Source: an uncultured Gemmatimonadales bacterium
GTDB lineage: Bacteria > Gemmatimonadota > Gemmatimonadetes > Gemmatimonadales > GWC2-71-9
Length of the DNA stretch: 64,000 bases
Assembly: GCA_963779755.1 (NCBI GenBank)
Contig: CAVZZO010000001.1
Span: 64,001 to 128,000 of the forward strand
Reading direction: 5' to 3'
The position numbers and the translations under genes are program-made. Each line of letters starts with the position of its first letter. The stretch's first letter is position 1. Below are positions 46,005 to 57,171 of this stretch, piece by piece. Below the pieces are notes generated by a model. That model had not been told where the DNA came from. It did no database searches and saw only the letters and a list, made by a program, of their open reading frames with translations.

Positions 46005-47629
46005 ACTCCGAACTGGACCAGGCGCTGGAGACGCTCCGGCGCGAATACCTGGCGGAGGCGCCCGCCCGGCTGGGCGAGCTACGCAAGGACATTTCGGCCT
46101 TTCTCGCCGGCGAGCAGGATGCCTCTGCGTCGCTGCTCACCCGCTTCCACCGGCTGGCCGGCTCGGGCGGCAGCTACGGGTTTCCCGAGGTCAGCAGGAT
46201 GGCGCGCGAGGCGGAGCAATGGCTCCGCGCAGGCCAGACGCCCGGTCTCGAGGCGTCGCGCCATCTGGATGAGATCGTCGCCCGGATTGCGGAGGCCTTT
46301 GATCGCGCCGGCACGCGGCTCGACCCGGCGCAGGAGCCGCTGCCGCCCACTGAGTTCGGCTGGTGCGCCCGTGTGGTTGCCGGTACCAACGAGTTGCGCA
46401 GCGCCATGGCGGACGCCCTGCGCAGCGTGGGCTATGAGGTGCAGGCCGGCTCGGATCAGGAAGAGGCGAGCGTGGTCCCGGTATCGGAGACGCCCGATTT
46501 CGTGGTGATCTCGGCCGACGAGCGTACCGCCGACCCCTATGCGCTGGCCGCCGCCTGGTCGGGTCGGCGGACGCTGCGGCCCCGGAGCATCGTGATGGTG
46601 GACCCGCAGGGCGGCCTCGATCCCTACCGGTTGGTGGCGGCGGGGGTGGACGCGGTGATCCGGGCGGACCGGATCGCGCAGGAGCTGCCCGAATACGCCA
46701 AGATGCTGGCGCGCGTGGGCACGCCACCCCCCAGCGTGCTGCTGGTGGGACCGGAGCGGGGAGGCGAGAATATCGTGGGCTGGCTTCGGCATGCCAACTT
46801 CCGGGTTACGCACACCACGCAATCGCTGGAAGTCCCCGAGCTGCTGGCGCGCTATCTACCCGACCTGGTGCTGCTCGACGGCCCCGGCCTGGAACCCGAT
46901 CCGCTCACGCTCACCCGCATGATCCGGCAGGATCCCCGCTTCAGCCTGCTGCCCATCATTCTCCTCTCGGAGCGCGACACTCCCCAGGACCGGGTGCGGG
47001 CGTTGCGCGCGGGGGCGGACCATTTTGTCGGCCGCCCGCCGGATCGCGCGCTGCTGATCCAGCTGGTGACCACGCGGGCCAGCCGGGGGCGGCAGATCCG
47101 CGAGCTGGTGCATCGCGACGGCTTGACCGGCCTGCTGAACCATGCCACCCTGCGAGCGGAGCTGGACCACGCCCTGGAGTACGCCCGCCGGCACCAGGAG
47201 CAGGTGGCGTTTCTCATGATCGACGTGGACCACTTCAAGCGGGTGAACGACACCCACGGTCATCTGGCCGGCGACCAGGTCCTGCGGCACATTGCCCGGG
47301 TCTTCCAGGCCACCGTCCGCGCCAGCGACATCGTCGGCCGGTACGGCGGCGAGGAGTTCGGCATGATCCTGCGCCGGACCACGGCGGAGGGGGCAGCCAT
47401 TCTGGGACGCAAGCTACTCGAGGCGCTGGCCTCCTCGCCGGCAACGACCGGCGACGGGCTCATCATTCCCGTGCGGGTGAGCGTGGGGGTGTCGGCCTTT
47501 CCCGATGACGGCGACACGGCGAACGCGCTCACCGCCGCCGCCGACCGGGCGCTCTACGGCGCCAAATCGAGCGGCCGCGACCGCGTAAGCCTGGCACATG
47601 GCATCGACACCAGGGAGCTGACCTCATGA
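46001..47629 (+). CDS. Diguanylate cyclase, Hpt-REC-REC-GGDEF
   Basis: [13 protein letters not shown] (Hpt His), [32 protein letters not shown]-site, RYGGEEF. Confidence 0.93.
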   Translation: MNSELDQALETLRREYLAEAPARLGELRKDISAFLAGEQDASASLLTRFHRLAGSGGSYGFPEVSRMAREAEQWLRAGQTPGLEASRHLDEIVARIAEAFDRAGTRLDPAQEPLPPTEFGWCARVVAGTNELRSAMADALRSVGYEVQAGSDQEEASVVPVSETPDFVVISADERTADPYALAAAWSGRRTLRPRSIVMVDPQGGLDPYRLVAAGVDAVIRADRIAQELPEYAKMLARVGTPPPSVLLVGPERGGENIVGWLRHANFRVTHTTQSLEVPELLARYLPDLVLLDGPGLEPDPLTLTRMIRQDPRFSLLPIILLSERDTPQDRVRALRAGADHFVGRPPDRALLIQLVTTRASRGRQIRELVHRDGLTGLLNHATLRAELDHALEYARRHQEQVAFLMIDVDHFKRVNDTHGHLAGDQVLRHIARVFQATVRASDIVGRYGGEEFGMILRRTTAEGAAILGRKLLEALASSPATTGDGLIIPVRVSVGVSAFPDDGDTANALTAAADRALYGAKSSGRDRVSLAHGIDTRELTS

Positions 47630-47835
47630 CTGATCACGTTTACAAGACCGTCGAGCTGGTAGGCTCGTCGCGCGCGGGGCTGCAGGACGCCATTACCAAC
47701 GCCATCAACCGGGCCTCCCAGACCGTACGCAACATGCGCTGGTTTGAAGTGAAGGATACCCGGGGGCACATCGAGGACGGCTCCGTCTCCCACTGGCAGG
47801 TGACGGTGAAGATCGGGTTTACGCTGGAAGACTGA
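47626..47835 (+). CDS. Dodecin (flavin-binding)
   Basis: [24 protein letters not shown]...[14 protein letters not shown]. Confidence 0.95.
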   Translation: MTDHVYKTVELVGSSRAGLQDAITNAINRASQTVRNMRWFEVKDTRGHIEDGSVSHWQVTVKIGFTLED

Positions 47836-47840
47836 ACGGC

Positions 47841-47899
47841 AGGAATGGAGGATTCAGGATTCGGGAGTGAGAGGCCCTGAATCCTGAATCCTCATTCCT
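47841..47899. repeat. Inverted heptamer-repeat hairpin between convergent genes (possible bidirectional terminator)
   Basis: aggaatg-gaggatt-caggatt-cggg ... ccctg-aatcctg-aatcctc-attcct. Confidence 0.8.
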
Positions 47900-47904
47900 G
47901 AGTC

Positions 47905-50439
47905 CTAGTGGTACCCTACGCTCAACGGCGCCACGTCCCGGGGATTTTCGTCGCCGAAGAGCAGCCGGCCTTCGCGGAAGGAGGCGCCGGTGAGGGCCAG
48001 GGCCAGGACTTCGCCCAGTTCCTGCACCAGGTGGACCTCAAGAGTCTGGCGCACTTCCTTGGGCAGGTCGTCCAGATCGGCCTCGTTCTCCTTCGGGAGG
48101 ATGACCCGGCGGATGCCGGCGCGCACCGCTCCCAGGACCTTTTCCTTGACCCCGCCGATCGGCATGACCCGGCCCCGGAGCGTGATCTCGCCGGTCATGG
48201 CGATATCGTGGCGCACCGGCCGGCCCGACAGGGCCGAGACCAGCGCGGTGGCCATGCCCACCCCGGCGGACGGCCCTTCCTTGGGGATGGAGCCCGCCGG
48301 CACATGGATGTGCAGGTCGCGTTCGAAGGCCTCTTCCTTGATGTGCAAGGCCGCGGCATGGGAGCGGGCGTAGGTCCAGGCCGCCCGGGCCGACTCCTTC
48401 ATGACGTCGCCCAACTGGCCGGTGAGAACCAACTCGCCCTTGCCCCGCATGGTACTGGCTTCAACGAACATGATGTCGCCGCCGGTGGGCGTGTAGTACA
48501 TGCCGGTGGCGACCCCTACCTGATCTTCCCGGGCCGCCTGCTCCGGGTGCACCCGCGGGCGCCCCAGCAGCTCGCCCACCATGGCGCGGTCTACCGTCAC
48601 CTGCTGGATCTCCTTGGCCGCGATACGCCGGGCGACCTTGCGGGCCAGCTTGCCCAGCTGGCGCTCCAGCTGCCGCACACCCGATTCCCGGGTATAGCGC
48701 TGGATCACCTCGAGCATCGCTTCGTCGCGGATGGCGAGCTGCTCGGTGGTGAGCCCGTTCTCCACCAGCTGCCGGGGCAGCAGATAGGTGCGGGCGATCG
48801 CCAGCTTCTCCTGTTCGGTGTAGCCCGAGAACTCCACCACTTCCATCCGGTCCAGCAGCGGGCCGGGGATGTTCTGGATGAAGTTGGCGGTACAGACGAA
48901 CAGCACTTCGCTCAGGTCGAACGGCACACCGAGGTAATGGTCGGTGAAGCTGTCGTTCTGCGCCGGGTCGAGCACCTCGAGCAGGGCCGACGCGGGATCG
49001 CCCTGAAAGGAGACGCCGAGCTTATCGACCTCGTCCAGCAGAAACACGGGGTTCTTGGTGCCGGCCTGTTTCATCCCCTGGATGATGCGACCCGGCATGG
49101 CACCCACGTAGGTGCGGCGGTGGCCCCGGATATCGGCCTCGTCGCGGGCGCCACCCAGCGAAATTCGAACGTACTTGCGGCCCATCGCCCGGGCCACGCT
49201 CTTGGCGATCGAGGTCTTGCCGACACCGGGCGGCCCGACGAAGAGCAGGATCGGCCCCTTGGCAACCTTGTCGTCTTCATTGCCCCGGACCTGCGACGGA
49301 TCGGGCGGCAGGTTGCTGGCGGGCACCTCGGCGGTCGCGACCGCGGGCGTCTCCGGCTGTGCCGCGTTCTGATCGGCCGCGCCGGCGGCTTCCCGGTGGT
49401 CCTTTGCCGCCTGCTCCCGCAGCTGCCGCACGGCCAGGAACTCCAGCACCCGGTCTTTCACGTCCTGCAGGCCGTAATGGTCTTCCTCGAGGATCTGCTG
49501 CGCCTGCGGGATGTCGAGGTGATCCTCGCTCCGGATGTTCCAGGGCAGTTCCGCGATGTTTTCCAGGTAGGTCCGGATGACCTGCGATTCCATGGACTCG
49601 CGCCCGATCCGGGACAGCCGGTTCAGCTCGCGATCGACCTCCTTCCGGGCGTCGGCCGGCAGCTCCAGGCCCTCGAGCTTCTGCCGCAGCTCCTCCAGAT
49701 CGTCGTTCTCCTCATCCTCGCCCAGCTCGCGCCGAATGGTCTTGAGTTGCTCGCGCAGGACCATCTCCCGCTGTCGCTCGCCCAGCTCCTCCTGCACCTG
49801 CGACTTGATGTCCTCCTGGGCATCGAGCACGCTGATCTGCCGCTGCACGTGCACCAGCACCCGCCGCAGCCGGTCTTCCACCGAGACCGTCTCCAGCAGC
49901 GTCTGGCGCTGCGACGGGCTGATGTCGATATAACCGGCAATGAGATCGGCGAAGCGGCCCGGCTCGGTTACCCCGGAGAGAACCTGCTGGACGACCTCCT
50001 CCGGCAGCCCGGACTTCTGGCCCAGCTCGGCGGCCCGGGTCCGCACCTCGCGATAGAGCGCCACGAAGCTGGGGTCCTCGGGATTAAGGGGCAGCAACTC
50101 TTCGGCATCGCGCACGATGGTCTGGAGATAGCCGTCCTTTTCGCTGTAGTGCATGGCCACGCCGCGCCGCTCGCCGTGAATGAGCAGCTGCATGCCGGCC
50201 AGGCCCCGCTGCATCTGGCCGATGCGCGCGATGGTCCCCATGGTGTAGAGCACGTCCGGCGTAACCGTCTCCACGTTCTGCCGCTGCGACACCGCGAAAA
50301 TCAGCTTGTCGGGTGTGGCCAGCGCGGCCTCAATGGCCCGGAGGGTCCCCGGCCTCCCCGCCCCGATCGGTGCGGTCACTCCGGGAAACAGCACTACTTC
50401 CCTGAGCGGCAGCACCGGCAATGTCATACGTTCACTCAT
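47905..50439 (-). CDS. lon: ATP-dependent Lon protease (LonA)
   Basis: [54 protein letters not shown]. Confidence 0.97.
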   Translation of the reverse strand: MSERMTLPVLPLREVVLFPGVTAPIGAGRPGTLRAIEAALATPDKLIFAVSQRQNVETVTPDVLYTMGTIARIGQMQRGLAGMQLLIHGERRGVAMHYSEKDGYLQTIVRDAEELLPLNPEDPSFVALYREVRTRAAELGQKSGLPEEVVQQVLSGVTEPGRFADLIAGYIDISPSQRQTLLETVSVEDRLRRVLVHVQRQISVLDAQEDIKSQVQEELGERQREMVLREQLKTIRRELGEDEENDDLEELRQKLEGLELPADARKEVDRELNRLSRIGRESMESQVIRTYLENIAELPWNIRSEDHLDIPQAQQILEEDHYGLQDVKDRVLEFLAVRQLREQAAKDHREAAGAADQNAAQPETPAVATAEVPASNLPPDPSQVRGNEDDKVAKGPILLFVGPPGVGKTSIAKSVARAMGRKYVRISLGGARDEADIRGHRRTYVGAMPGRIIQGMKQAGTKNPVFLLDEVDKLGVSFQGDPASALLEVLDPAQNDSFTDHYLGVPFDLSEVLFVCTANFIQNIPGPLLDRMEVVEFSGYTEQEKLAIARTYLLPRQLVENGLTTEQLAIRDEAMLEVIQRYTRESGVRQLERQLGKLARKVARRIAAKEIQQVTVDRAMVGELLGRPRVHPEQAAREDQVGVATGMYYTPTGGDIMFVEASTMRGKGELVLTGQLGDVMKESARAAWTYARSHAAALHIKEEAFERDLHIHVPAGSIPKEGPSAGVGMATALVSALSGRPVRHDIAMTGEITLRGRVMPIGGVKEKVLGAVRAGIRRVILPKENEADLDDLPKEVRQTLEVHLVQELGEVLALALTGASFREGRLLFGDENPRDVAPLSVGYH

Positions 50440-50499
50440 CTATGTTCCTCCCCCTGCAGGGGAAAAATGACAGCCTGAACTCCTGAGGACCCCAAGTAA

Positions 50500-50515
50500 A
50501 GCAGCCATCGTGCCA
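50500..50515 (-). promoter_or_regulatory. Sigma54 -24/-12 promoter of lon
   Basis: Minus strand TGGCACGATGGCTGCT (GG-N10-GC) about 60 nt upstream of the lon ATG. Confidence 0.7.
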
Positions 50516-50820
50516 CCCAGTGTCATCGCCGTAACGTGTTGTGCAATAAACAGTTGCAGTATAACGCCCGGGTCAGGACCCACCGCCGTCAGCATCCGGA
50601 CGGGAACTGGTCCGGCCGAATCCGCCGGTCCGGAGAATACGTCTGCCAATATGGCCCCTGATGCCGGAGCGGAAGTGTGACGGACGTCCGATTGTACGGT
50701 ATTTTGGAGCACCGGCCGGGTGCGACGGGACGGTGAGCGGCGCTCCCTGAGGGGAAAGGGGACGTGGTTGCCGTAGGGTGCGCAAGCTGCTAAATCTATA
50801 CCCGTGACCCGGATACCGCG

Positions 50821-52695
50821 ATGACAGACACGGCTGAAAAACCCCTCGCCGCGCGGCTGAACCAGGTGCTCGGCGATGCCTACACGATCGAGGGGGAAAT
50901 CGGTCGTGGGGGTATGGGCGTCGTGTACCGTGCCCGGGACGAGCGGCTGCAGCGCCGGGTCGCCATCAAGGTCCTCCCGCCGGAACTCGCCTTCCAGGCC
51001 GATATCCGCGAGCGCTTCACCCGTGAAGCGCAGACCGCGGCGCGCCTCTCGCACCCGCACGTGGTGCCGATCTACACCGTCGGCGAGGGCAACTCGCTGG
51101 TCTATTTCATCATGAACTATGTCGAGGGCGAATCGCTCTCGGCGCGGCTCAAGCGGCGGGGGCAGCTGCCGGCAGAGGAAGTCCGCCGGATCATGAAGGA
51201 AACGGCCGACGCGCTGGGGGCCGCCCATGCCCTCGGCATCATTCACCGCGATATCAAACCGGACAACATCCTGCTGGAAGGGACCCGGGGCCGGGTCATG
51301 GTGACCGACTTCGGTATCGCCAAGGCGTTGTCCTCCGTCTCCGGCGCCACCCTGACCAGCGCCGGTGTGGCCATCGGGACGCCCTCCTACATGAGCCCGG
51401 AGCAGGCCGCGGGGGAGAAGCAGATCGACGGCCGCTCCGATCTCTACAGCCTGGGCGTGGTCGGCTTCCAGATGTCCACCGCCGACCTGCCGTTCAAGGC
51501 GCCCACGGTGGCCGGCATCCTGATGAAGCAGATCACCGAGGTGGCGCCGCCGGTCAGCACGCGTCGTAGCGATTTCCCCGGCGACCTGGATCTGGCCATC
51601 AGCCGCTGCCTGGAGAAAGACCCGGAGAATCGCTGGCCCACGGCCGACGCGCTGCGCCGGGCACTGGAGAGCCGGACCGTTACGGGCTATCGGCCCACCG
51701 GCACCACCCGGGCGGCCCAGCGCAGCGCGCGCCGGTCATCCGGCTATGCGCCGGCCGGCCCGCCCCTGCCCGCGCCCCGGGCGCCCCGGTCCCCCCGGGC
51801 CCGGCCCGGCTCCCCGCCCGACCGTCCCTCGCGGCACCGTTCGCTCCGGGACCGGGAACGCGAGGAAAAGCTCCCGGAAACGGGCGAGCCGCCGATTGTG
51901 CGGCGGGTGCGCGACCGGTTCGCCAAGTGGGCGGCGGTGACGGGCGGCTGCCTCATGATCAACCTCGCCACTGATATCAGCCACCCCTGGTTTCTGCTGG
52001 TGGCGGGCGGCATGGGCATCGGCCTGCTCAAGGAGTATGCCCAGCTCTGGCAGGCGGGCTACAGTTGGCGGGATGTGCTGAACCGGCCGCCGGCGCACGA
52101 CTCCATCGACCGCACGCTGCTGGGAAAAGGGGGCAAGCTGCCGCGGCAGTTGCCGGTGCCCACCGCGGCCGATGTGGGCCTCTATGCCGGGGCGCTGCGC
52201 CAGGCGCGGGGCGACCGGGAGGCCATCCTCAAGCTCATCGAGCGGCTCTCGGAATCCGAGCGCAAGATGCTCCCGGACGACGTGGTACAGACGGTCGATT
52301 CGCTGTACCAGCGCGCGCTGGAGCTGGCCAAGACGCTGCACGCGATGGACCTGAACCTGGACACCCAGGAGATCACCAACATCGACGATCGCATCGCGGC
52401 CATCCAGCGCGAACCGGAAGACGAAGAAAAAGAGCGCCGGCTGGCTCTGCTGGAGAGCAAGAAGCGCAAGATGCTGGAGCTGCAGCAGCGGCGCGAGCAG
52501 GTTTCCCGCCACATGGACTCCTGCATGCTGGCCATGCAGAACGTGCGGTTCGATCTCCTGCGCCTGCGCTCCGCCGACGCCGGCTCGGCGCTGGGCGATC
52601 TCACCCAGGCCACGCAGCAGGCCCGCGCGCTGGGACGGGACGTGGACGTGGCGATCGCCGCGGCGGCGGAGATCCGGGAGGCGCTGGAAGGGTAG
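50821..52695 (+). CDS. Hanks-type Ser/Thr protein kinase with 2-TM hairpin and C-terminal coiled coil
   Basis: GRGGMGVVY, VAIK, HRDIKPDN, DFG, GTPSYMSPEQ, SDLYSLG. Confidence 0.94.
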   Translation: MTDTAEKPLAARLNQVLGDAYTIEGEIGRGGMGVVYRARDERLQRRVAIKVLPPELAFQADIRERFTREAQTAARLSHPHVVPIYTVGEGNSLVYFIMNYVEGESLSARLKRRGQLPAEEVRRIMKETADALGAAHALGIIHRDIKPDNILLEGTRGRVMVTDFGIAKALSSVSGATLTSAGVAIGTPSYMSPEQAAGEKQIDGRSDLYSLGVVGFQMSTADLPFKAPTVAGILMKQITEVAPPVSTRRSDFPGDLDLAISRCLEKDPENRWPTADALRRALESRTVTGYRPTGTTRAAQRSARRSSGYAPAGPPLPAPRAPRSPRARPGSPPDRPSRHRSLRDREREEKLPETGEPPIVRRVRDRFAKWAAVTGGCLMINLATDISHPWFLLVAGGMGIGLLKEYAQLWQAGYSWRDVLNRPPAHDSIDRTLLGKGGKLPRQLPVPTAADVGLYAGALRQARGDREAILKLIERLSESERKMLPDDVVQTVDSLYQRALELAKTLHAMDLNLDTQEITNIDDRIAAIQREPEDEEKERRLALLESKKRKMLELQQRREQVSRHMDSCMLAMQNVRFDLLRLRSADAGSALGDLTQATQQARALGRDVDVAIAAAAEIREALEG

Positions 52696-52794
52696 GGATC
52701 GGGGATCGGGAATCGGGAAAGCAGAAACCCTCCGGGGCCATTACCGGAGGGTTTCGATTACCGCCCTGATCCCTGGTGCCTGATTCCTGATCCC
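52695..52794. terminator. Hairpin flanked by inverted heptamer repeats between convergent genes
   Basis: gaaaccctccgg...ccggagggtttc (52724-52755) nested inside gggatcg-gggatcg-ggaatcg and ctgatcc-ctggtgc-ctgattc-ctgatcc. Confidence 0.75.
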
Positions 52795-54921
52795 TTAGTA
52801 GGCCGCCATCTGCTCGATCGCTTCCCTCAGGTCGGACGTCTGCGGCAGGATCACGTCCTCCAGCTCCGGCGCGTAGGCTACGAAGGTATCGGCCGCGGCT
52901 ACCCGGCGCACGGGCGCGTCGAGCCAGGGGAAGGCCTCGTCGGCGATGCGGGCAGCGATCTCCGCCCCGTACCCCCACGACAGCGAATCTTCGTAGGCCA
53001 CGATGACCTTGCTGGTCTTGCGGACGGACTCGTAGATCGTCTCCCAGTCCACCGGGCTCAGCGAGCGCAGGTCGATGACCTCGGTCCGGATCCCCCGGCT
53101 TTCCTCCAGCTCCTTGGCGGCGGTCACGGCGCGCTGCACCACGGCCCCGTAGGTCACCACCGTCAGGTCGGCTCCCTCCCGCACGACCTTGGCCTTGCCG
53201 AACGGGATCATGAAGTTGGGTCCCGGATACGGCGCCTTGTTGTAGGTCTGCCGGTAGAGGTGCTTGTGCTCCAGGAAGAGCACCGGATCGTCGCAGCGGA
53301 TGGCGGTGCGCAGCAGACCGTTGGCGTCGAGCGCGGTGGCGGGGCAGATCACCCGGAGCCCGGGAATACTGGTGAAGACGACGGCTCCGGTCTGCGAATG
53401 GTAGATCGCGCCGCCCTTCAGGTACCCGCCGTAGGTTACCCGCACCACCGCCGGCGCGCTGAAGGCGTTGTTGCTGCGCCAGCGCATGAGCGCCAGTTCG
53501 TTGCGCATCTGCATGTAGGCCGGCCAGATGTAGTCGAAGAACTGGATCTCGACCACCGGCCGGAGCCCCCGGGTGGCCAGGCCGATCGCGCGCCCTACGA
53601 TATTGGCTTCGGCCAGGGGCGAGTTGTACACCCGGTTGCTGCCGAACTGCTTCTGCAGCCCCCAGGTAACCTTGAAGACGCCGCCCTTGCCCTTCACATC
53701 CTTGAGATGCTCTTCCCGGCTGGCGTCGGCCACGTCCTCGCCGAAAACGAGGATGGCCGGATCGCGGGCCATCTCGTCCTTCAGACAGGCATTGAGCAGA
53801 TCCACCATGGTGGTGGGATCGCCGGTGAACTTCGGGTCGTCCTCGGTGTCGAACTGCTCGGAGGTAGGATCAACGTCGGGCGAATAGATGTACTGGTAGA
53901 TGGTCTCCGGGCCGGGCTGCGGGGCCGCCAGCGCAACCTCGGTGGCCGCCTGGATCTCTTCTTCCACCGCCGCCCTGATGCTCTCGAGCTCCGCCTCGGT
54001 GGCCAGCCCCTCGTCGATCAGCCGGCGGGGGTAGGTCACCACCGGATCGCGCGCCGCGTCCCGCTCCCGCTCGCTGGGCGGCCGGTACTGGACCTCGTCA
54101 TCGGACAGCGAATGGCTGTAGGGCCGGATGACGTGAGCATGCACCAGAGCCGGGCCCTTGCGCTGGCGCGCGTACTCGAAGGCGCGGGAGAGGGCTTCAT
54201 AGGACGCGATGGGATCGCAGCCGTCCACCTCTTCCACGTGGAGGGATGGAAACCCCGATACCAGCTTCGAGATCGACCCGCCGGCGGTGTTTACCTCCAC
54301 CGGCACCGAAATGGCATAGCCGTTGTCTTCCACCAGGTAGACGATCGGCAGCTTCAGGTTGCAGGCGCTGTTGAGCGACTCCCAGAATTCGCCCTCGCTG
54401 GTGGTGCCGTCGCCGGTGGAGCAGAGCACGACCTCGTCCTTCTTCATGAGCTCGTCGCGCCCGGGAATGTCTTCGTTCCGGGAATAGCGCAGCCAGGCCT
54501 CCGCGGCGCCCACCGCCTGGAGGAACTGGGTCCCGGTGGGGCTGGAGGCGCTCACGATGTTGAGGTCTTTCCGGCCCCAGTGGGAGGGCATCTGGCGCCC
54601 GCCGCTGTTGGGATCGTCGGCCGCCGCCACCGCCGAGAGGAGCTGTTCCGCGGCGGTCATCCCCAGGCCGATGCAGAGGGCCCGGTCACGGTAGTAGGTG
54701 TAGAACCAGTCGTAGCCGGGCCGGAAGACCCTCGCGGCCGCCGCCAGCACCGCTTCATGCCCCGCCCCGGAGATCTGGAAGAAGATCTTGTTCTGCCGCT
54801 TGAGCTGGATCTCCTTGTCGTCCAGCCTCCGGGAAAGGAGGATGATCCGGTAGAGCTCCAGCAGCTCCTGCTTCTCGAGCTTGCCGGCGGCCTGGGGCCG
54901 CGGAGAGGTTCTGGTAGCCAT
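52795..54921 (-). CDS. 2-oxoacid dehydrogenase E1, alpha/beta fusion (probably branched-chain)
   Basis: [23 protein letters not shown]...EDNGYAIS ThDP motif, [23 protein letters not shown]. Confidence 0.94.
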   Translation of the reverse strand: MATRTSPRPQAAGKLEKQELLELYRIILLSRRLDDKEIQLKRQNKIFFQISGAGHEAVLAAAARVFRPGYDWFYTYYRDRALCIGLGMTAAEQLLSAVAAADDPNSGGRQMPSHWGRKDLNIVSASSPTGTQFLQAVGAAEAWLRYSRNEDIPGRDELMKKDEVVLCSTGDGTTSEGEFWESLNSACNLKLPIVYLVEDNGYAISVPVEVNTAGGSISKLVSGFPSLHVEEVDGCDPIASYEALSRAFEYARQRKGPALVHAHVIRPYSHSLSDDEVQYRPPSERERDAARDPVVTYPRRLIDEGLATEAELESIRAAVEEEIQAATEVALAAPQPGPETIYQYIYSPDVDPTSEQFDTEDDPKFTGDPTTMVDLLNACLKDEMARDPAILVFGEDVADASREEHLKDVKGKGGVFKVTWGLQKQFGSNRVYNSPLAEANIVGRAIGLATRGLRPVVEIQFFDYIWPAYMQMRNELALMRWRSNNAFSAPAVVRVTYGGYLKGGAIYHSQTGAVVFTSIPGLRVICPATALDANGLLRTAIRCDDPVLFLEHKHLYRQTYNKAPYPGPNFMIPFGKAKVVREGADLTVVTYGAVVQRAVTAAKELEESRGIRTEVIDLRSLSPVDWETIYESVRKTSKVIVAYEDSLSWGYGAEIAARIADEAFPWLDAPVRRVAAADTFVAYAPELEDVILPQTSDLREAIEQMAAY

Positions 54922-55102
54922 AGAAGGAAAATAGGCCGGGAGTGGGGAACGGGGAACAGCCCCCGTTCCCCGCCGGGGCTACCTCCCGAGGAGAGCGTCG
55001 CTGTGCCATCGGCTGCGCACCCGGTCGAAGGGCGGCTTGCCAGCGGTCCGGCGAGCGGATCCAGCTTTCCAGGGCCGCAGGTGGAGAGGGGAACCGGCCA
55101 GG

Positions 55103-56776
55103 TCATTCCTTCACTTGGTATACCACCTTCCCGCCTACGATCGTGGCTTTCACCCTGGTATCCCCGATGGTGGCGGGGGGGATGGCGGTGAGATCGCGGT
55201 CCAGCAGAACCAGATCGGCCAAGGCGCCCGGACGCAGCATGCCGCGGTCCTGCTCGGCGAAAGCGGCGTAGGCCGGTTCGTAGGTGTAGCCGTGGAGGGC
55301 TTCCTCCACCGTAATCTTCTGCTCCGGCACCCAGCCTTCGGGGTTCTTGCCGTCCAGGGTCCGGCGGGTCACCGCGGCATAGATGCCCTGGATCGGATCG
55401 AGCGTGGCGACCGTCCAGTCGGAGCCGAACGCCACATGGGCGCCCTGGTCCAGCAGCGAGCGGAAGGCGTAGGTGGTCTTGATCAGGTCGGGCCCGATGC
55501 GCTTGGCCGCCCAGCGGCCGTCGTCGATGGCGTGATAGGGCTGCATGGAGGCGATGTAGCCGTGCTCCGCCAGACGGGTGATGTCCTCGGGGCGCAAGTG
55601 CTGGGCGTGCTCGATGCGGAACCGGCGGTCGCGGGGGCCGTGGGCCTCCGCCAGGCTGTCGTAGATGTCCAGCAACAGCTCGTTCGCCGAATCGCCGATA
55701 GCGTGCACGGCGATCTGCAGGCCGGCGGAATCCGCCGAGCCGATCCAGCGCTTGAGCGAGTCCAGCGGGGTGACCATCAGCCCCCGCGTCGAGGGCTCAT
55801 CCAGATAGGGACGGGTGAGCAGCGCCGTGGCCGACCCGAGCGAGCCGTCCACGTACCCTTTCACGCCGGCCAGCCGGAGCCACCTGTCGCCCGGGCCGTC
55901 GGCGGCGACCGAATCGGCCACCCTGTGCCAGTCCTCCAGCGCCGGGTAGAGCGACACGCGGAGCGTGAGCCGGCCCTGATCGTGGGCCCGGCGCCAGGCC
56001 GCCACCTGGCCCCAGGGAACACTGACGGCGCTGACGCCGGTGATGCCCTTGCTGGCGGCGAATCGCATGGCCCGGGCAAGGGCGGAATCCTGCTGCTCCG
56101 GCGACGGCGCCGGCATGGCGGCGTACACCGGGTCCATGGCGTCATCCTTGAGGATCCCGGTGGGGCTGCCGTTCCGGTCCCGCACGATGGTTCCGCCGGG
56201 GATATCGGGCGTGCTGCGGTCGAGGTGGGCGGCCTTCAGGGCCAGGCTGTTGGCCAGCGCCATGTGGCCGTCGAGGCGGTTGACGAACACCGGATTGGCC
56301 GGCGTCACCGAGTCGATCCAGTCGCGCCGCGGCAGGGGCGAGCCGGGCCAGCGCTCGTGGTCCCAGTCGCCGCCCAGGATCCACTCGCCCGGCGGGATGG
56401 TTCGGACGTATTCCCTGAGCCGGCGGATGAACTCGGCCGGGCTGTCGGCGGTGCGGAGATCCACGTTGGTCAGCTGGAATCCGCCGTCGATGAAGTGGGT
56501 ATGGCTGTCGTTCAGGCCGGGGACCACCATGCCGCCGCCGTTGTCCATCCGCCGGGTGGCACTGCCGGCGTAGGCTTCCAGGTCGGCGCTGTCGCCGACC
56601 GCCAGGATGGTATCGCCGGCAAGGGCCACGGCCTGGGCCCAGGGGCGCTGATTGTCGCCGGTCCAGACCCGCCCGTAGACGATGGTATCGGCGCTCGGGC
56701 GGCTGGAGCCGCAGTCACTCAGCGTCATGCTGCCCAGCAGAGTCAGGGCGACGGCAGCGGTGCGGAAAGCAGGCAT
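55103..56776 (-). CDS. Amidohydrolase family 3 (YtcJ-like), exported
   Basis: PGLNDSHTH, DGHM, DGSLGS.TA, HAIGD, RIEHAQ, GSDW, LADLV. Confidence 0.92.
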   Translation of the reverse strand: MPAFRTAAVALTLLGSMTLSDCGSSRPSADTIVYGRVWTGDNQRPWAQAVALAGDTILAVGDSADLEAYAGSATRRMDNGGGMVVPGLNDSHTHFIDGGFQLTNVDLRTADSPAEFIRRLREYVRTIPPGEWILGGDWDHERWPGSPLPRRDWIDSVTPANPVFVNRLDGHMALANSLALKAAHLDRSTPDIPGGTIVRDRNGSPTGILKDDAMDPVYAAMPAPSPEQQDSALARAMRFAASKGITGVSAVSVPWGQVAAWRRAHDQGRLTLRVSLYPALEDWHRVADSVAADGPGDRWLRLAGVKGYVDGSLGSATALLTRPYLDEPSTRGLMVTPLDSLKRWIGSADSAGLQIAVHAIGDSANELLLDIYDSLAEAHGPRDRRFRIEHAQHLRPEDITRLAEHGYIASMQPYHAIDDGRWAAKRIGPDLIKTTYAFRSLLDQGAHVAFGSDWTVATLDPIQGIYAAVTRRTLDGKNPEGWVPEQKITVEEALHGYTYEPAYAAFAEQDRGMLRPGALADLVLLDRDLTAIPPATIGDTRVKATIVGGKVVYQVKE

Positions 56777-56788
56777 GCGAAAGCGGCC

Positions 56789-57037
56789 TCAACGGAGTTT
56801 GGTGAGCCGCCGGAGCGCCTCCAGGCGTTCCAGCGCGTTGGTGGTCTGCGCGGCCGGCGCGGGGCCGCCGGCAAGCAGATCGCGGACATCGAGCAGAACT
56901 TCCATCATCAGCTGGTCGCGGAGAAACCCCCAGTCCAGCTCTTCCATCCGTTTCTGCGACTCCTCGGCCCGGGCGCGCTCGTACGCCTCGCGGTAGGCGG
57001 TTTCCAGGTTCGCCAGGATGCGGTCGCGGGAGCGCAT
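56789..57037 (-). CDS. Small helical hypothetical protein (82 aa)
   Basis: MRSRDRILANLE...DQLMMEVLLDVRDLL...; coding-like codon use, stop 12 nt before the amidohydrolase start. Confidence 0.7.
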   Translation of the reverse strand: MRSRDRILANLETAYREAYERARAEESQKRMEELDWGFLRDQLMMEVLLDVRDLLAGGPAPAAQTTNALERLEALRRLTKLR

Positions 57038-57171
57038 AGCAGGTCCGGGAGTTGGGGTCGGAACGGCCCGTCCGGCGGGAGATGTGCAGACCGGGGTCGG
57101 GGTATAGCTTACATCATCCGGTGGCCCGGTGCTACCGACCACGGCCGCTCCGGCCCCAACCCATCCCGTCC

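Noticed and set aside
54994..55010. Sigma54-like TGGCACAGCGACGC upstream of the E1 gene
   Set aside because: GG to GC spacing is 9, not the required 10.
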